From positions 1 through 64,000 of IMG/VR virus record IMGVR_UViG_3300046804_001245: a DNA stretch of 64,000 nucleotides; one strand, 5' to 3'. A program made the position numbers and the translations under genes. Shown in pieces: positions 10,201-20,209 of this stretch. Within the stretch, counting starts at the first letter, position 1, and every line of letters begins with the position of its first letter. Source of the DNA: a virus. The notes under the pieces were generated by a model. That model was given only the letters and a program-made list of their open reading frames with translations. It was not told the DNA's origin and did not search any database.

Positions 10201-13200
10201 GGATTAAGGGTTGCTGGCGAAAGATCTGGACGGCAGGCATTTACTCCAAATCAACTTAATTTTGAATCTATGTCAAGAAGCGCAGCAAGAGGCGGAGTTC
10301 TACTACCAGGATTACAACAAAAAGGATATTTGACAGATGACGAGTTATCTTCATTATCTTCAATGATAGGTGCTCATGGAGTATCAAGAGATTTCTTAAG
10401 AAATGTTGGCTCTAGGACATCGCAAGGATCTTATCCTACAAGCACATTTGAAGATATATTTAGCAGGTTTCAGCTTTCTGGATCATTTACTCCAACTGGA
10501 AGAAGTAGAAAAGATGCTTTAAGATACATCCAAGAAGGAAGAGTAGCGCAGGTATTACCTGGCTCCGTTGTACATATTGATGGCGCATTGAATACAAAGA
10601 TAGGTGCAGGTACAGCAACCAGACAAGATTTTGCTGGAATGCAAGGATACCAGATGACCAATTTGCTAGACTTCTTAGCATCCAAAGGAATTCCACCTGA
10701 AGTCGCAAGACGAATAGCATCAGCTGCAGCAAACAAATTAAAAAATATATTGCCTTCAAAAGGTATAAACGAAAGAGTTTGGGCAGAGTCTATTAAAAAA
10801 GCAGAGCAGTCTGCTATTGTACAAAATGCAAGAGAACTATCTCAATACACTATGCCATTTGCTGCTAACCGTGGAGGAAGAGTTCCTGGTTACATTGGCG
10901 GCGGAGGAATTCAAAGAGCTACAGTTCTTGCTAGACTTGGAGCAAAATTTAAATTTGAAGGAAAGTCATACGAAGGTCAAGATGCTCTTGGAGTTTATAG
11001 AATTAAATCACTTGATGTCAATGGAGGTAAAAAATTCTTTGGACATATTCCAGGATTAAGTGATAAAGCAAAAGGAGCACTATATGCATCTACAGTAGAC
11101 TTTTTTAATTCTAATATAATTAAAGGAGATCTACAGGGCGGCAAGAGAACATTCAATCCTAGATTTTTACTTACTGCTATGCCAACAATTGCATCTAATG
11201 CAATCACATGGAATAAGGGTTGGTTATCAGAAAAAGACATGGCAATACTACAAGGAATTTCTGGTAAAGGAGGAACATTAACGGGAACTGTTGGTTCCGC
11301 CCCATATCTATCTAAAGTTTCTCAAACAGTATTTAGAAACCGTGGCGGAATGATTCCAGGATATCAGCTTGGTGGCGGAATAAGAGGTGGAGGAATATTA
11401 GGAAGCCTATTGCTTGGATCATTAGGTTCAATGGCAGGATCTACAATTGGCTCTAGGTTTGGAGCAGGCGGATCAATGATTGGCGGAATGCTCGGCTACA
11501 TGATCCCAGACCTATTGATGGGAAGATCAGGTCGTTCTGGAATATCTGCTACACAAAGATTAGGATTGCCAGGACCATCTGCATATGGACCAACACTTGC
11601 AGAGCAAATGGGACTTACTCCATCTGGACCATCAATGCCAATTGGCGGATTAGGAATGCGTCAATCAGTATTTGCTGGAACTCGTTTTGCAGGTGGAATT
11701 GCAAATATGGCAGAAGGTCCAAGCAAATTTACATCCATAGCTGGCAAGGCATTAGCGGGAGTAACTAGACTAAATCTTGCATTAGCAGCAGGAACTGCAG
11801 TAGTTGCTGCAGGTATAAAGGTTTGGAAAAACTATAATGAAACTCAAAGGCTTAGCACTGTAGAGTTTGGTTTAACAAAAGAGGCGGCAGCAAAAGCAGG
11901 CCTTCAATTTACAGACTATAAAGAAAAAATTAAAGACGCTATTGCCGCACAAAAATTAATGAATGATCAAAATAGGTCAGCTTATGAAAATATGGCGTCA
12001 GCTAATACCCCATTTAAAATGACAATTTCTGAGTATAAAAAGCTACGAAAAGAAATTAAAGAAACAATGTCAGATCAAATTAAAATGGTTAATGCAACAA
12101 ATAAACAAAAAATTGGTCAAGTCGCTGTCGAATTAAAACAACAGTTAATGGCCGCTGGATTAAGCGCAGAAGAAGCAACAAAGAGAATTTATACACTATT
12201 TTCACTTTCAAATAAATCTGGCATGGCTAATCAAGTAATTAATACAAAGGACTTCCAGGCAATTATTGATGCTCAAACTGCCGCAGTTAGTGCTTTACAA
12301 ACATTTAATAAAATTAGATCTACTGGTACTGAAAGTACAAAAGATCAAGCTGCTCAATTAAATACTGCATTAACAGCAATTAATACAGGAGTAGAGGACC
12401 TTTACAATAAAAGCAAAAAAGCTGCAGAAAAAAACAAAACAAATTTTGATGAAACTACCGCTAGATATAATGCTGAAAGAGAACAATTAGATAAAATTGC
12501 TAATAGTATGTCTAAGCAAGAACAAATTGGACCAAACATTCTTGCTGAACTTAAAAAACAAAATCCAGAAATTGAAAAGTTTGTAAGATCAACTGATACC
12601 GCCGTAAGCGTATATGAAAAATTAAGACTTGTTGCTATGGGCTTTTCTGGAGATTTATCTAAGATGAATGCAGAGCAGGTTGACCTTGTTTATAAACTAC
12701 AAATAGCAACATCACAAGCAGTTGCAGAAGTCAATAAAGGCGGAATGCTAAAAGCTCAATATGATAATCTTGCGAAACTTAAGAAACAAAAAGATGATTT
12801 AGAAAAAGCTACAAAGGGTCAAAGCGTAAAAGAGCAAATAAATACAAGGGATAGACTTAAAGCTCTTGATAAAGAAATTCAAAAAATTAATGAAGTTGCA
12901 GAAGCTAAAAAGAAAGCTTTACGTGAAGAGGCACAAGCACAAGATATGGCTCTTCGCATTCAGCAGCAGAAGATTGAATACGAAAAAGCAGTTGCTTCAG
13001 GAGACTTTGGCGGTGCTGCACAGGCACAAATAGAGCTTCGCAAACTTCAAAATGAACAACAGGTAACATTAGCTGAACAACAAATAGAAGATCGTAGACT
13101 AAAAGATCTTGCTCCTCTTGAAGCAGAAAAAGCTAGAATTGAAGCGGCTCAACAGAAAATGTCAGATGCTGCAGCATTAGCATCTGAGAGCTTAAACAGC

Positions 13201-14241
13201 ATATCTAAAAAGTATGATAATCAAAAAACTAAAATAGATTCAGTAAACACCGCAATGACAAATCTTCAAGTTGCAATAAAGTTGCATAAAGATAATCTTG
13301 AAGCATATAAAACAAGTCAAGAATTTAAAGATTTAGCAGCAAAATTTTTAACAGAGGCAAAAAATGCAGGAGTTAATGTACCAGGTGGAGGATCTTACCA
13401 AGGCTCAACATTTGTTCCAAACGATATAGGTAAAACTGCATTAGATTTACTAGAACAGTATGGTCAAAATATAGATACAGTTATGGCTACAAAAGGTGTT
13501 ACTGTAAATGCTACTGGAGATATTGTTATTGGTGGCAAGAAAATACAAGGACAATCAACAGGAACTGGTGCTAAAGATAATCCATTTATGACTAACCTAC
13601 CCGCAGGACTTGCTACAAAAGATAAAGGAGTTCTCACAGATGAATCTAAAGCTAAATTAATTAATGCATTAATAGAATCTGGCATGACTCCTGCAGAACT
13701 TAAAGGTAAATTTGTAAAGTATGGGGCATATTCTTATAGGATAGACGCCGACCCAATGCAGTATGGTAGCGATGGACAAAAAGCTATAGCAACCACCACC
13801 ACGGCAAAAAAGGTTATAGCAATAGCTCCAGGAAAAGCATCTGGTGGACTATTGCGTGGACCAGGAACTGGCACATCAGATTCTATAATTGGAATGTACT
13901 CAAACGGCGGAATGGTAAGAGTATCCAATGGAGAATATATAGTAAATGCAGATACTGTATCTAAATTAGGAGTTCCATTCTTTGACCGAATTAATGGTAT
14001 GAAATCTGGCGGACTTATGCTAAACTATAGTGTACCAAGATATGATAATGGCGGAGAGCTAGTGGGGATGGCAGCATATAATACAGCTTCAGGCGGATCT
14101 GTATATAATGTTGGAAATGTTACAATGCAATTTGCAGAAGCTCCTGCCGATGGCAGAAAATTGTTTGAAGAGTTCAAGGCAGCAATGGAATTTGATCAAA
14201 GAAAATCTGGCACACAGATTAATATGAGTAGGAGATACTAA
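7249..14241 (+). CDS. tape measure protein (2330 aa)
   Basis: TP901-type core (LTVGLTLPLAAFG...), long helical regions, GPG..D.VPAMLTPGEFV-type motifs; position after chaperones. Confidence 0.93.
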   Translation: MADEKIVTSIVANSDFSQLIADVQRVTNSLSRLQQEFAGANRALAGQIDATNAMFSESMRKTGQFSTHFVSLTSDVEKFGRNLDSGRLKLRDYFRTYQEHARTNGGLIRDLAKQQVQMQNAVLQPLGRNAQGLMQYNVHIPRGLDLTKNKAALLKQELQIMNKVIQDGGVQLINWGKNTQWAGRQLTVGLTLPLAAFGKAAADAFKVADQELTRLTKVYGDIAGTSSQELTKIRNEVAATAKELSSAMGVNFAETIGLAADIAATGKTGDELLSSVSETTRLAVLGEVDRQEAMKATLAIQSAFKSNTQELAETINFLNAVENQTSTTLNDLVEAIPKAGPVIKGLGGSVQDLALYLTAMREGGVNASEGANALKSALASLINPTDVAVDKFKGFGIDLLGIVKNNAGDVTGTLLALQSALDRLDPLSKQQAIEQLFGKFQFSRLNALFENLGRQGSQTLQVLDLMKASAGELEAVAGRELAAVTESASGRYRRAVEGLKAELAGVGDEFLDIGTKLVNVLSKIIDFAGKLPDPIKKIMAFGGAFTAIIGPVIMLTGVLANFFGYIIKGLGHFKALFKGAEGFKLLTPELMAARAASAQLSDEFYSDAAAAKTLSLAIEKLNEDLVLLQKNATGISAAGTGAGKVVTTVGGSPILTMGGPRMVDPEHPLLGGESRAAAHLNPRDPNNPSTIFGLTMQPIPLNRKLGRTPQIMMSERLPNIEGLTSVGGYSTGVVAGEHARYAALMATLGVQSKQEIEQLKKTISLGGQVSREFIDTFDDILPITQRLTQNAATQSAAIVADLRAGKLNVEQARAAIIAVNADLERMMGVQVSQYAAGRGRTIDLTKAPLIDQPVVDVSGKPNLRGMFRQGSFQDVMAAVGRATQTKTFGGPYSIETTRPIQRNAGGGVFYNNGDQVPGPSINADIVPAMLTPGEFVIRRDVAQSDPDGMRALNEGRAVVVPVQRNIGGVIPLLRALQMRRESISGLRVAGERSGRQAFTPNQLNFESMSRSAARGGVLLPGLQQKGYLTDDELSSLSSMIGAHGVSRDFLRNVGSRTSQGSYPTSTFEDIFSRFQLSGSFTPTGRSRKDALRYIQEGRVAQVLPGSVVHIDGALNTKIGAGTATRQDFAGMQGYQMTNLLDFLASKGIPPEVARRIASAAANKLKNILPSKGINERVWAESIKKAEQSAIVQNARELSQYTMPFAANRGGRVPGYIGGGGIQRATVLARLGAKFKFEGKSYEGQDALGVYRIKSLDVNGGKKFFGHIPGLSDKAKGALYASTVDFFNSNIIKGDLQGGKRTFNPRFLLTAMPTIASNAITWNKGWLSEKDMAILQGISGKGGTLTGTVGSAPYLSKVSQTVFRNRGGMIPGYQLGGGIRGGGILGSLLLGSLGSMAGSTIGSRFGAGGSMIGGMLGYMIPDLLMGRSGRSGISATQRLGLPGPSAYGPTLAEQMGLTPSGPSMPIGGLGMRQSVFAGTRFAGGIANMAEGPSKFTSIAGKALAGVTRLNLALAAGTAVVAAGIKVWKNYNETQRLSTVEFGLTKEAAAKAGLQFTDYKEKIKDAIAAQKLMNDQNRSAYENMASANTPFKMTISEYKKLRKEIKETMSDQIKMVNATNKQKIGQVAVELKQQLMAAGLSAEEATKRIYTLFSLSNKSGMANQVINTKDFQAIIDAQTAAVSALQTFNKIRSTGTESTKDQAAQLNTALTAINTGVEDLYNKSKKAAEKNKTNFDETTARYNAEREQLDKIANSMSKQEQIGPNILAELKKQNPEIEKFVRSTDTAVSVYEKLRLVAMGFSGDLSKMNAEQVDLVYKLQIATSQAVAEVNKGGMLKAQYDNLAKLKKQKDDLEKATKGQSVKEQINTRDRLKALDKEIQKINEVAEAKKKALREEAQAQDMALRIQQQKIEYEKAVASGDFGGAAQAQIELRKLQNEQQVTLAEQQIEDRRLKDLAPLEAEKARIEAAQQKMSDAAALASESLNSISKKYDNQKTKIDSVNTAMTNLQVAIKLHKDNLEAYKTSQEFKDLAAKFLTEAKNAGVNVPGGGSYQGSTFVPNDIGKTALDLLEQYGQNIDTVMATKGVTVNATGDIVIGGKKIQGQSTGTGAKDNPFMTNLPAGLATKDKGVLTDESKAKLINALIESGMTPAELKGKFVKYGAYSYRIDADPMQYGSDGQKAIATTTTAKKVIAIAPGKASGGLLRGPGTGTSDSIIGMYSNGGMVRVSNGEYIVNADTVSKLGVPFFDRINGMKSGGLMLNYSVPRYDNGGELVGMAAYNTASGGSVYNVGNVTMQFAEAPADGRKLFEEFKAAMEFDQRKSGTQINMSRRY

Positions 14242-14738
14242 TGAGCCCATATGTAGCAAATGGCCAAAGAACTACATACTTGCCTAGAGGATCTGCTATT
14301 CAGGTATATGCAAGAGATTTATATGCCGACCCATCAGATACAACGCAAGCTTGGATTAAATTATCTGAGCATAACAGAAGCGATATCGGAATAGATATAG
14401 AAAGAATTGAACAATCGCAAAGAATGGCTAATGGTTCATTGCGTAAATTCTTTGTCGCAGACAAAAAACGTTTTAGTGTTTCATGGACCATGCTTCCAGG
14501 AACTAGAGTTTATACAGTAGATAATCAGTGGGGCGCTTTAGATTTAATTGAATTTTATAATAGTAGCGAAGGGCAGTCCACTTTTACTATTAGATTAAAT
14601 TTTGCAAAAAGCGGAACAAGTCAAGAATCTTCAGGTTATGAGGAGTATACAGTATCTTGCACAGGATTTAATGCAACTCTTGTAAAAAGAGGCGAAGTCC
14701 CTTTTTATAATGTGTCAATGTCAATGGAGCAAGTATAG
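14241..14738 (+). CDS. distal tail-like protein
   Basis: RMANGSLR motif; directly follows tape measure. Confidence 0.6.
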   Translation: MSPYVANGQRTTYLPRGSAIQVYARDLYADPSDTTQAWIKLSEHNRSDIGIDIERIEQSQRMANGSLRKFFVADKKRFSVSWTMLPGTRVYTVDNQWGALDLIEFYNSSEGQSTFTIRLNFAKSGTSQESSGYEEYTVSCTGFNATLVKRGEVPFYNVSMSMEQV

Positions 14739-16996
14739 TGATATCTGCTAGTCAAGAATTAAAGGATATTTTTTATAAATCCCGCACAGTAAATTCAGAC
14801 ACAGCGTGTACTATTGAATACAATATGAACGCTATGCTAGATAACATAACAATAACCACAACAGCCACAGATGAAAATTATATTAATGGAATAACTCCTT
14901 CTGAGGGTGAAATTGTTAGAATCAATCCATTTAAAAAACTTTTTCCATTAGATTCTATAATTAAGCCATTTAGACCAGTAAATCCTGGAATTAAAAATTA
15001 TGTGTTACTTACGGCAGATAATCAAGGTTCTAATATATTTTATGATTATCGTACTCTCCCATACCCATCAAATTCTCCAAGAGTTTATTATGCTGGAGTA
15101 GATAATTATTATAAGTATTGGCTTACTCCACAAAATACTGGAGTTAATGTAACAGTTAAGTATATTCAAAGTACAGCTACTGTGAGCGAGGCCTATGCAA
15201 CAGGATCTAAGGTTGTTTATAAAACTACAACCGATCATGGATTTACAATTGGAAAAAGAGTAACTGTCTCAGGCCCAGGTACTTCTTCTTTAAATTTAAC
15301 AAATCAAATCATAACAGCAGTTCCAGATGCAAGAACATTTTCTGTAACAAATTCATTATCTCAAGTCTCTTCATCTGGATTGTCTAAAACTGCAACATTA
15401 GTTAATTCTTCTGGGGTCGCTACACCAACAAAACCAGCCTTAGCAAACAAAATTGTTGTAGCATTTGAAAAATACCATGCCATTCCTTCAACATGTTCTT
15501 TTACTATTACATATAGCGATAATACAACAAGTATACTTTCTTCAATATCTGTTCCGTCTAATGGTAGAGTTATAATTTATTATAATGGAACATCTTGGTC
15601 TACAAGTTCTCCTTTTAGTTCATCACAAGAAATATCGTATCCAGCACCAAAAGAAATTAAATCTATTGCAATAACAACTCCAGCTACAGGAGCAGGAACA
15701 GTAATAGGGGTTACAGAAATATCCGCAAGATGGATTAAAGACATATCGGCAGACATTGTTTCGTTTAGCATAGATAAAGAGTCTACGTCTAACTCCTCTG
15801 ACTTGCTACCAGTAGGAAATATAACTGCAAATAGTCTTCAATTAAATTTAGTAAGATATGATAATACAAATTTAAAAGTTTTAACATATAATAGAGACGA
15901 CGATTGGACGATATCTCCAACCCCAGATAATGTTATTTATTTTACTAAAAATGCTGAGATAAAGCCGTACATAAAAGTTTACCATATCAACGGAGCGGTA
16001 GGAAGCGGAGCATCAAAGCATGATAGGATTCAGCAAGGCGTATTTTATCTTGATTCACATTCGATATCAGAATATGGAGATGTAAATATAAATGCATTAG
16101 ATGGATCAAAACAATTAATGGAAGCCTTGGTGCCAAATCTTATATATGAAAACTCACCAGTCACTTCAATCATAATGAGTCTTTTAGATTCAATAGGATT
16201 TACAAACTATAATATTAATATTGTAACAAATGGAAATACGGTAACAGATACATCGATTCCTACTCTAACAATATGGTGGAGCGAAAATAATAAAACTGTA
16301 TGGGATTGTATTCAGGAGTTATGTAGAGATATACAAATGAATGCATATTTTGATGAAAATAATATCTTACAATTTTATACAAGAGATTTTCTATATAGCA
16401 AGTCTACAGTAAATTGGGAATTTACATACGCTGCTAATGGTGATATCTTGCCAAATATAATGTCCTTTGAAAAAGAAGAGCTTCCTTCTGCAAATCAAGT
16501 AAAGATTATTTGGAAAACTCCAATGAGTTCTTTATATACACAAAACGCAAAAGATCTATGGTCGTCAGAACCATCATTTTTAGTTGCAGGCGGTTTAAGA
16601 GACAATGGACAGTCTCCAGCTATATCATCATCCACCCCAGCAGAATTAATAGATTTCAATATAGATCTAGACAGTTTAGACCCAATTAATGAAATAGTCT
16701 CAGCATTTAAATTTAATGGATATTTTCTTGTAGACTCAGAAGTATTTGAATATGATGCTATAGAGTATGAATACCTTCCATTAAATTCTTCTACCAAGCA
16801 AAAGGCATACATAGGGTCTGAGGCAGATTGGGCTCAGTATAGAGCATTGTCTGAAGTTGGATCACAAAATTTTAAACCATCAGGAAAATATAGAATTAAA
16901 TCAAGAGCTTTATTTGGAACAGTAGCAGCAGATCATATAGCAACAAGTGGTACCATAAATGGTTGGTATCTTTTGTCGTCTGAGGAGTGGAGTTAA
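14738..16996 (+). CDS. minor tail / baseplate hub protein, N-terminal part
   Basis: LPVGNITAN, GVFYLD, AYFDENNILQF hub-type motifs; inserted HGF.IG..VTVSG beta domain. Confidence 0.65.
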   Translation: MISASQELKDIFYKSRTVNSDTACTIEYNMNAMLDNITITTTATDENYINGITPSEGEIVRINPFKKLFPLDSIIKPFRPVNPGIKNYVLLTADNQGSNIFYDYRTLPYPSNSPRVYYAGVDNYYKYWLTPQNTGVNVTVKYIQSTATVSEAYATGSKVVYKTTTDHGFTIGKRVTVSGPGTSSLNLTNQIITAVPDARTFSVTNSLSQVSSSGLSKTATLVNSSGVATPTKPALANKIVVAFEKYHAIPSTCSFTITYSDNTTSILSSISVPSNGRVIIYYNGTSWSTSSPFSSSQEISYPAPKEIKSIAITTPATGAGTVIGVTEISARWIKDISADIVSFSIDKESTSNSSDLLPVGNITANSLQLNLVRYDNTNLKVLTYNRDDDWTISPTPDNVIYFTKNAEIKPYIKVYHINGAVGSGASKHDRIQQGVFYLDSHSISEYGDVNINALDGSKQLMEALVPNLIYENSPVTSIIMSLLDSIGFTNYNINIVTNGNTVTDTSIPTLTIWWSENNKTVWDCIQELCRDIQMNAYFDENNILQFYTRDFLYSKSTVNWEFTYAANGDILPNIMSFEKEELPSANQVKIIWKTPMSSLYTQNAKDLWSSEPSFLVAGGLRDNGQSPAISSSTPAELIDFNIDLDSLDPINEIVSAFKFNGYFLVDSEVFEYDAIEYEYLPLNSSTKQKAYIGSEADWAQYRALSEVGSQNFKPSGKYRIKSRALFGTVAADHIATSGTINGWYLLSSEEWS

Positions 16997-18702
16997 TGGT
17001 ATATAGAAGACTAAATGTCCCAGATTCAGATCCATTTATGGATCTTGATCAGATATACGAACCTACAATACAAAAAGCCTCCGCCACATCAATATTAGTA
17101 AATATCAGCATGATAGGAGTAGTTGGAACTCCAACTACCTACATTGTAAAATATCAAAAAATGACAAACTATACTACAACTGATGGAGCATTGCAAACAC
17201 AAACTTCTGCTTCAAACGGAATAACTATCTCTGGGCTTACAACAGGAAGTCTTTATAAAATAATTACACAGCTACAAAATGCTTCTGGATATGGGAAAAC
17301 CATGGAAGTTTTTTATCAATTGTCCGCCTCCGAAGAGGTGCCAGCAAAGTCTGGATCTTCTAAAAATGTGGGTGATAAAGTTAGCGCATCTTCATTTTTA
17401 ACTATAACAGTCCCAGAAAGAACAAGTGATACTGCTAAAAAAAATAAATATTCTTTTGCATATTCTAATTTTGACTCAATACAGCTTGGAACATATGTAA
17501 ATTCAACTGTTGGTTTTGATAAGTTTGCAAGATCTAGTAGAAGTTATAGCCCTGGATATTATTCATTTGGCACTTCAATTGTTTTTGACCCATTGCTTCA
17601 ATATAAACCACAAGGAGCAGGAATAGGATTTTTTCTTAATTCGTCTAATGATGCTGGATATTTTGTTACTATAGAAACAACTGCTACGGCGGCAGCCTCC
17701 AAAACATCACCAGTAAAAATATTTAAATTAGAAAGTAAACAAATTAAAAAGTTGGCTGATTCTCAACAAGGTAATAGGGCAACTTTAGATGAATTATTGG
17801 CTGGTAAAACTTATTATATAGATGTTAAAGTTAAAATAGAGGGATTCTCAGTTACAATAACTGCCTATATTAATGGATTTAAAATTGAGGCAACGGACAC
17901 GACTACAGGATCAAGCAATAATCAAATTTTATATCCAACAACCAAAGTAGCATTACTTGGAGTACAAGGAACTAGTAAATTTGATTATGTGTATGCAGAT
18001 ACAATAGATATAAATAAATATAACAGTGACTATCTAGATTTAAATTTATATAATGGACAATTGGCAGATGATTTTCTAGATGCATCATACGGAGATCTTT
18101 TATACAATTTTTCAAACGAAGGTTTAGATTCTACAAAAAAACCAAAAACATTTGAAGAGTTTGGAACGGTTGTTAGAGAATTAAGAAAAGAAAAAATAAT
18201 TTTTGGAAACCCTCCATCTATTCCAGTAAAATGGACAACTGGAGCAAATAGACTTACAAAGATTCTAGCAGAAACAAAAGATAATTTTAAATCAGAGGTT
18301 TTAGTTTTAAACAATAGTTCTATATCGGTACCGCTATCTGACAGAGGGGTAAATCAGTTATCTATATTTGGATATGATATAGGATTTTCTGGAGATATAG
18401 AATATACAACATCTCCTGCTGCTGAATATTCAAATACAGAACCAGTAATATTTCAGTCATCTTGGCTTCAAAATCAAAAAGATGTTAAATCTTTAGCAGA
18501 ATGGATTAAAGGTAGAGTTGTAAATAAAGCAAAAATTATAACCATGACAGTATTCGGCAATCCGCTTATATCAGTTGGCGACATAATAACTGTTAACTAT
18601 CCATATCAAGGCTTTACAACTTCTCAAAAAATCATTATAGTTAAAGTATCTCAAAGATTTGAAAGGGGGCTAGAAACTCAAATAGTTGGAAGAACTCTTT
18701 AA
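16996..18702 (+). CDS. minor tail protein (FN3- and lectin-like domains, hub C-terminal motif)
   Basis: ITISGLTTGSLY (FN3-like), GNPLISVGDIITV; GAGGAG SD and TAATG coupling give ATG 16996. Confidence 0.62.
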   Translation: MVYRRLNVPDSDPFMDLDQIYEPTIQKASATSILVNISMIGVVGTPTTYIVKYQKMTNYTTTDGALQTQTSASNGITISGLTTGSLYKIITQLQNASGYGKTMEVFYQLSASEEVPAKSGSSKNVGDKVSASSFLTITVPERTSDTAKKNKYSFAYSNFDSIQLGTYVNSTVGFDKFARSSRSYSPGYYSFGTSIVFDPLLQYKPQGAGIGFFLNSSNDAGYFVTIETTATAAASKTSPVKIFKLESKQIKKLADSQQGNRATLDELLAGKTYYIDVKVKIEGFSVTITAYINGFKIEATDTTTGSSNNQILYPTTKVALLGVQGTSKFDYVYADTIDINKYNSDYLDLNLYNGQLADDFLDASYGDLLYNFSNEGLDSTKKPKTFEEFGTVVRELRKEKIIFGNPPSIPVKWTTGANRLTKILAETKDNFKSEVLVLNNSSISVPLSDRGVNQLSIFGYDIGFSGDIEYTTSPAAEYSNTEPVIFQSSWLQNQKDVKSLAEWIKGRVVNKAKIITMTVFGNPLISVGDIITVNYPYQGFTTSQKIIIVKVSQRFERGLETQIVGRTL

Positions 18703-18727
18703 TTCAACTAAATGGTATAATTAAAAA

Positions 18728-19273
18728 ATGGTCTCTAAAATAAATGAATCCCAAATAGCATCCTCTGGCAGACCAGTAAGGCCAGAAGGACACCCAGACT
18801 TATTCTGGTATAGACCAGACTGGGCGATTATAGTTGGAAAGAATGCAGACTATTCTTTTCAAGGATTTGAATATTTAAATTCTGGAGTTCCTTTATCTAG
18901 AGTGCCACTAAGTGGATCATTGCTAGCTGGAGTATTTAATCCAAACGAGGAAGCTACTGCAACAATAGCTAAAGCAGACGCAATATCCGCAGCTCTAAAT
19001 GCTCAAGTTATTGCAGATGCCGCAACAGCAAAAAGAGATGCTGAGACTGCTGCAGCTAATGCAGCGGCAGCAGCAAAAATAATTGCAGAGGCTTTTGCTC
19101 CAAGGCCAGATGTTCCAGAGATTTCTGATATTCAAATAATTTCAAATGAAAAATATTTCGATGAAATTGGTAAAGAAAGAGCTAAAATAGTATTAAAAGT
19201 AAAAAACTCTAGCAAAATTAAAGAAGATGTAACTGGTGTCGATGCTAGAATCTACCAGCCAAAGGGAATATGA
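18728..19273 (+). CDS. putative virion protein
   Basis: In tail cluster; leaderless after TGGTATAAT. Confidence 0.45.
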   Translation: MVSKINESQIASSGRPVRPEGHPDLFWYRPDWAIIVGKNADYSFQGFEYLNSGVPLSRVPLSGSLLAGVFNPNEEATATIAKADAISAALNAQVIADAATAKRDAETAAANAAAAAKIIAEAFAPRPDVPEISDIQIISNEKYFDEIGKERAKIVLKVKNSSKIKEDVTGVDARIYQPKGI

Positions 19274-20208
19274 TGATAAAAGGTACATATACATTTTATG
19301 AAAATGGAAAAAAGATAGCAGAAAAGTCTAATGTTATAACTAAATTTGGCAAAAGATTTTTAACTAATTTTATTGCAGGAAACATATTGAGTTCAACAAA
19401 AGATATGGCATTCGGAATAGATTCAACTACCGCAACACAAAATGACACTCGTCTAGGTTTTGAGTTCTATAGGCTCCCAGTTCTTTTTGGATCAACAGAT
19501 ATTCAAACTACTTCTGGAATTACTACATATTTTGTAGTTTATAAAACAACTATTCCTCAAGACGTTGTAGCACAAATTTATGAGATTGGCTTATACCCAT
19601 CAACAAGATCTTCTATCAATAATTTTGATAGTAAATTTATTACAGACTTTAATAGTATAATTGATTGGCAAGATTCATTGCAGGTAAATCCTTTAACTAC
19701 AAGCTCTAATTATAGAATCGGCGGCAATCTTCTTAGAATGACAGCTTCGACTAACTCATCGAATGAGTATAAATCTACAATACCTTCAATAGACATGTCT
19801 GGATATAGTACTGCTGATACTATTCGTTTGGCTTACCATAGAGAAGATGCAAATCTTTCTACAATTAAAGTTAGGCTTTATAGCGAAGCTTCTAAATATT
19901 ATGAAGCAACTATAACTCCATCTGCTGGGACTGGTTACAAAATATCAACAGACATTCCTTTATCTACATTTTTTTCTGGCGCCACTAACCCAGCCCCAGA
20001 TATTACAAACATAAATCAAGTTGGAATAGTTGTTACTGCAGGCGCTGGAGGGTCAACAACTGTTGGTTTAGACGGTCTTAGAATTAATGATGAAGATACA
20101 TTTGATCCTGCATTTGGGCTTATTAGCAGATCACACCTGACTACTCCAATTTCAAAATTGGCTGGAAGACAGGTAGACGTAGAATATAAATTAGAATTGG
20201 AATTCTAA
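19270..20208 (+). CDS. minor tail/baseplate protein
   Basis: NVITKFGKRF, DTRLGFEFYR, EIGLY motifs of fibre-anchoring proteins with internal beta-sandwich. Confidence 0.6.
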   Translation: MMIKGTYTFYENGKKIAEKSNVITKFGKRFLTNFIAGNILSSTKDMAFGIDSTTATQNDTRLGFEFYRLPVLFGSTDIQTTSGITTYFVVYKTTIPQDVVAQIYEIGLYPSTRSSINNFDSKFITDFNSIIDWQDSLQVNPLTTSSNYRIGGNLLRMTASTNSSNEYKSTIPSIDMSGYSTADTIRLAYHREDANLSTIKVRLYSEASKYYEATITPSAGTGYKISTDIPLSTFFSGATNPAPDITNINQVGIVVTAGAGGSTTVGLDGLRINDEDTFDPAFGLISRSHLTTPISKLAGRQVDVEYKLELEF

Positions 20209-20209
20209 T

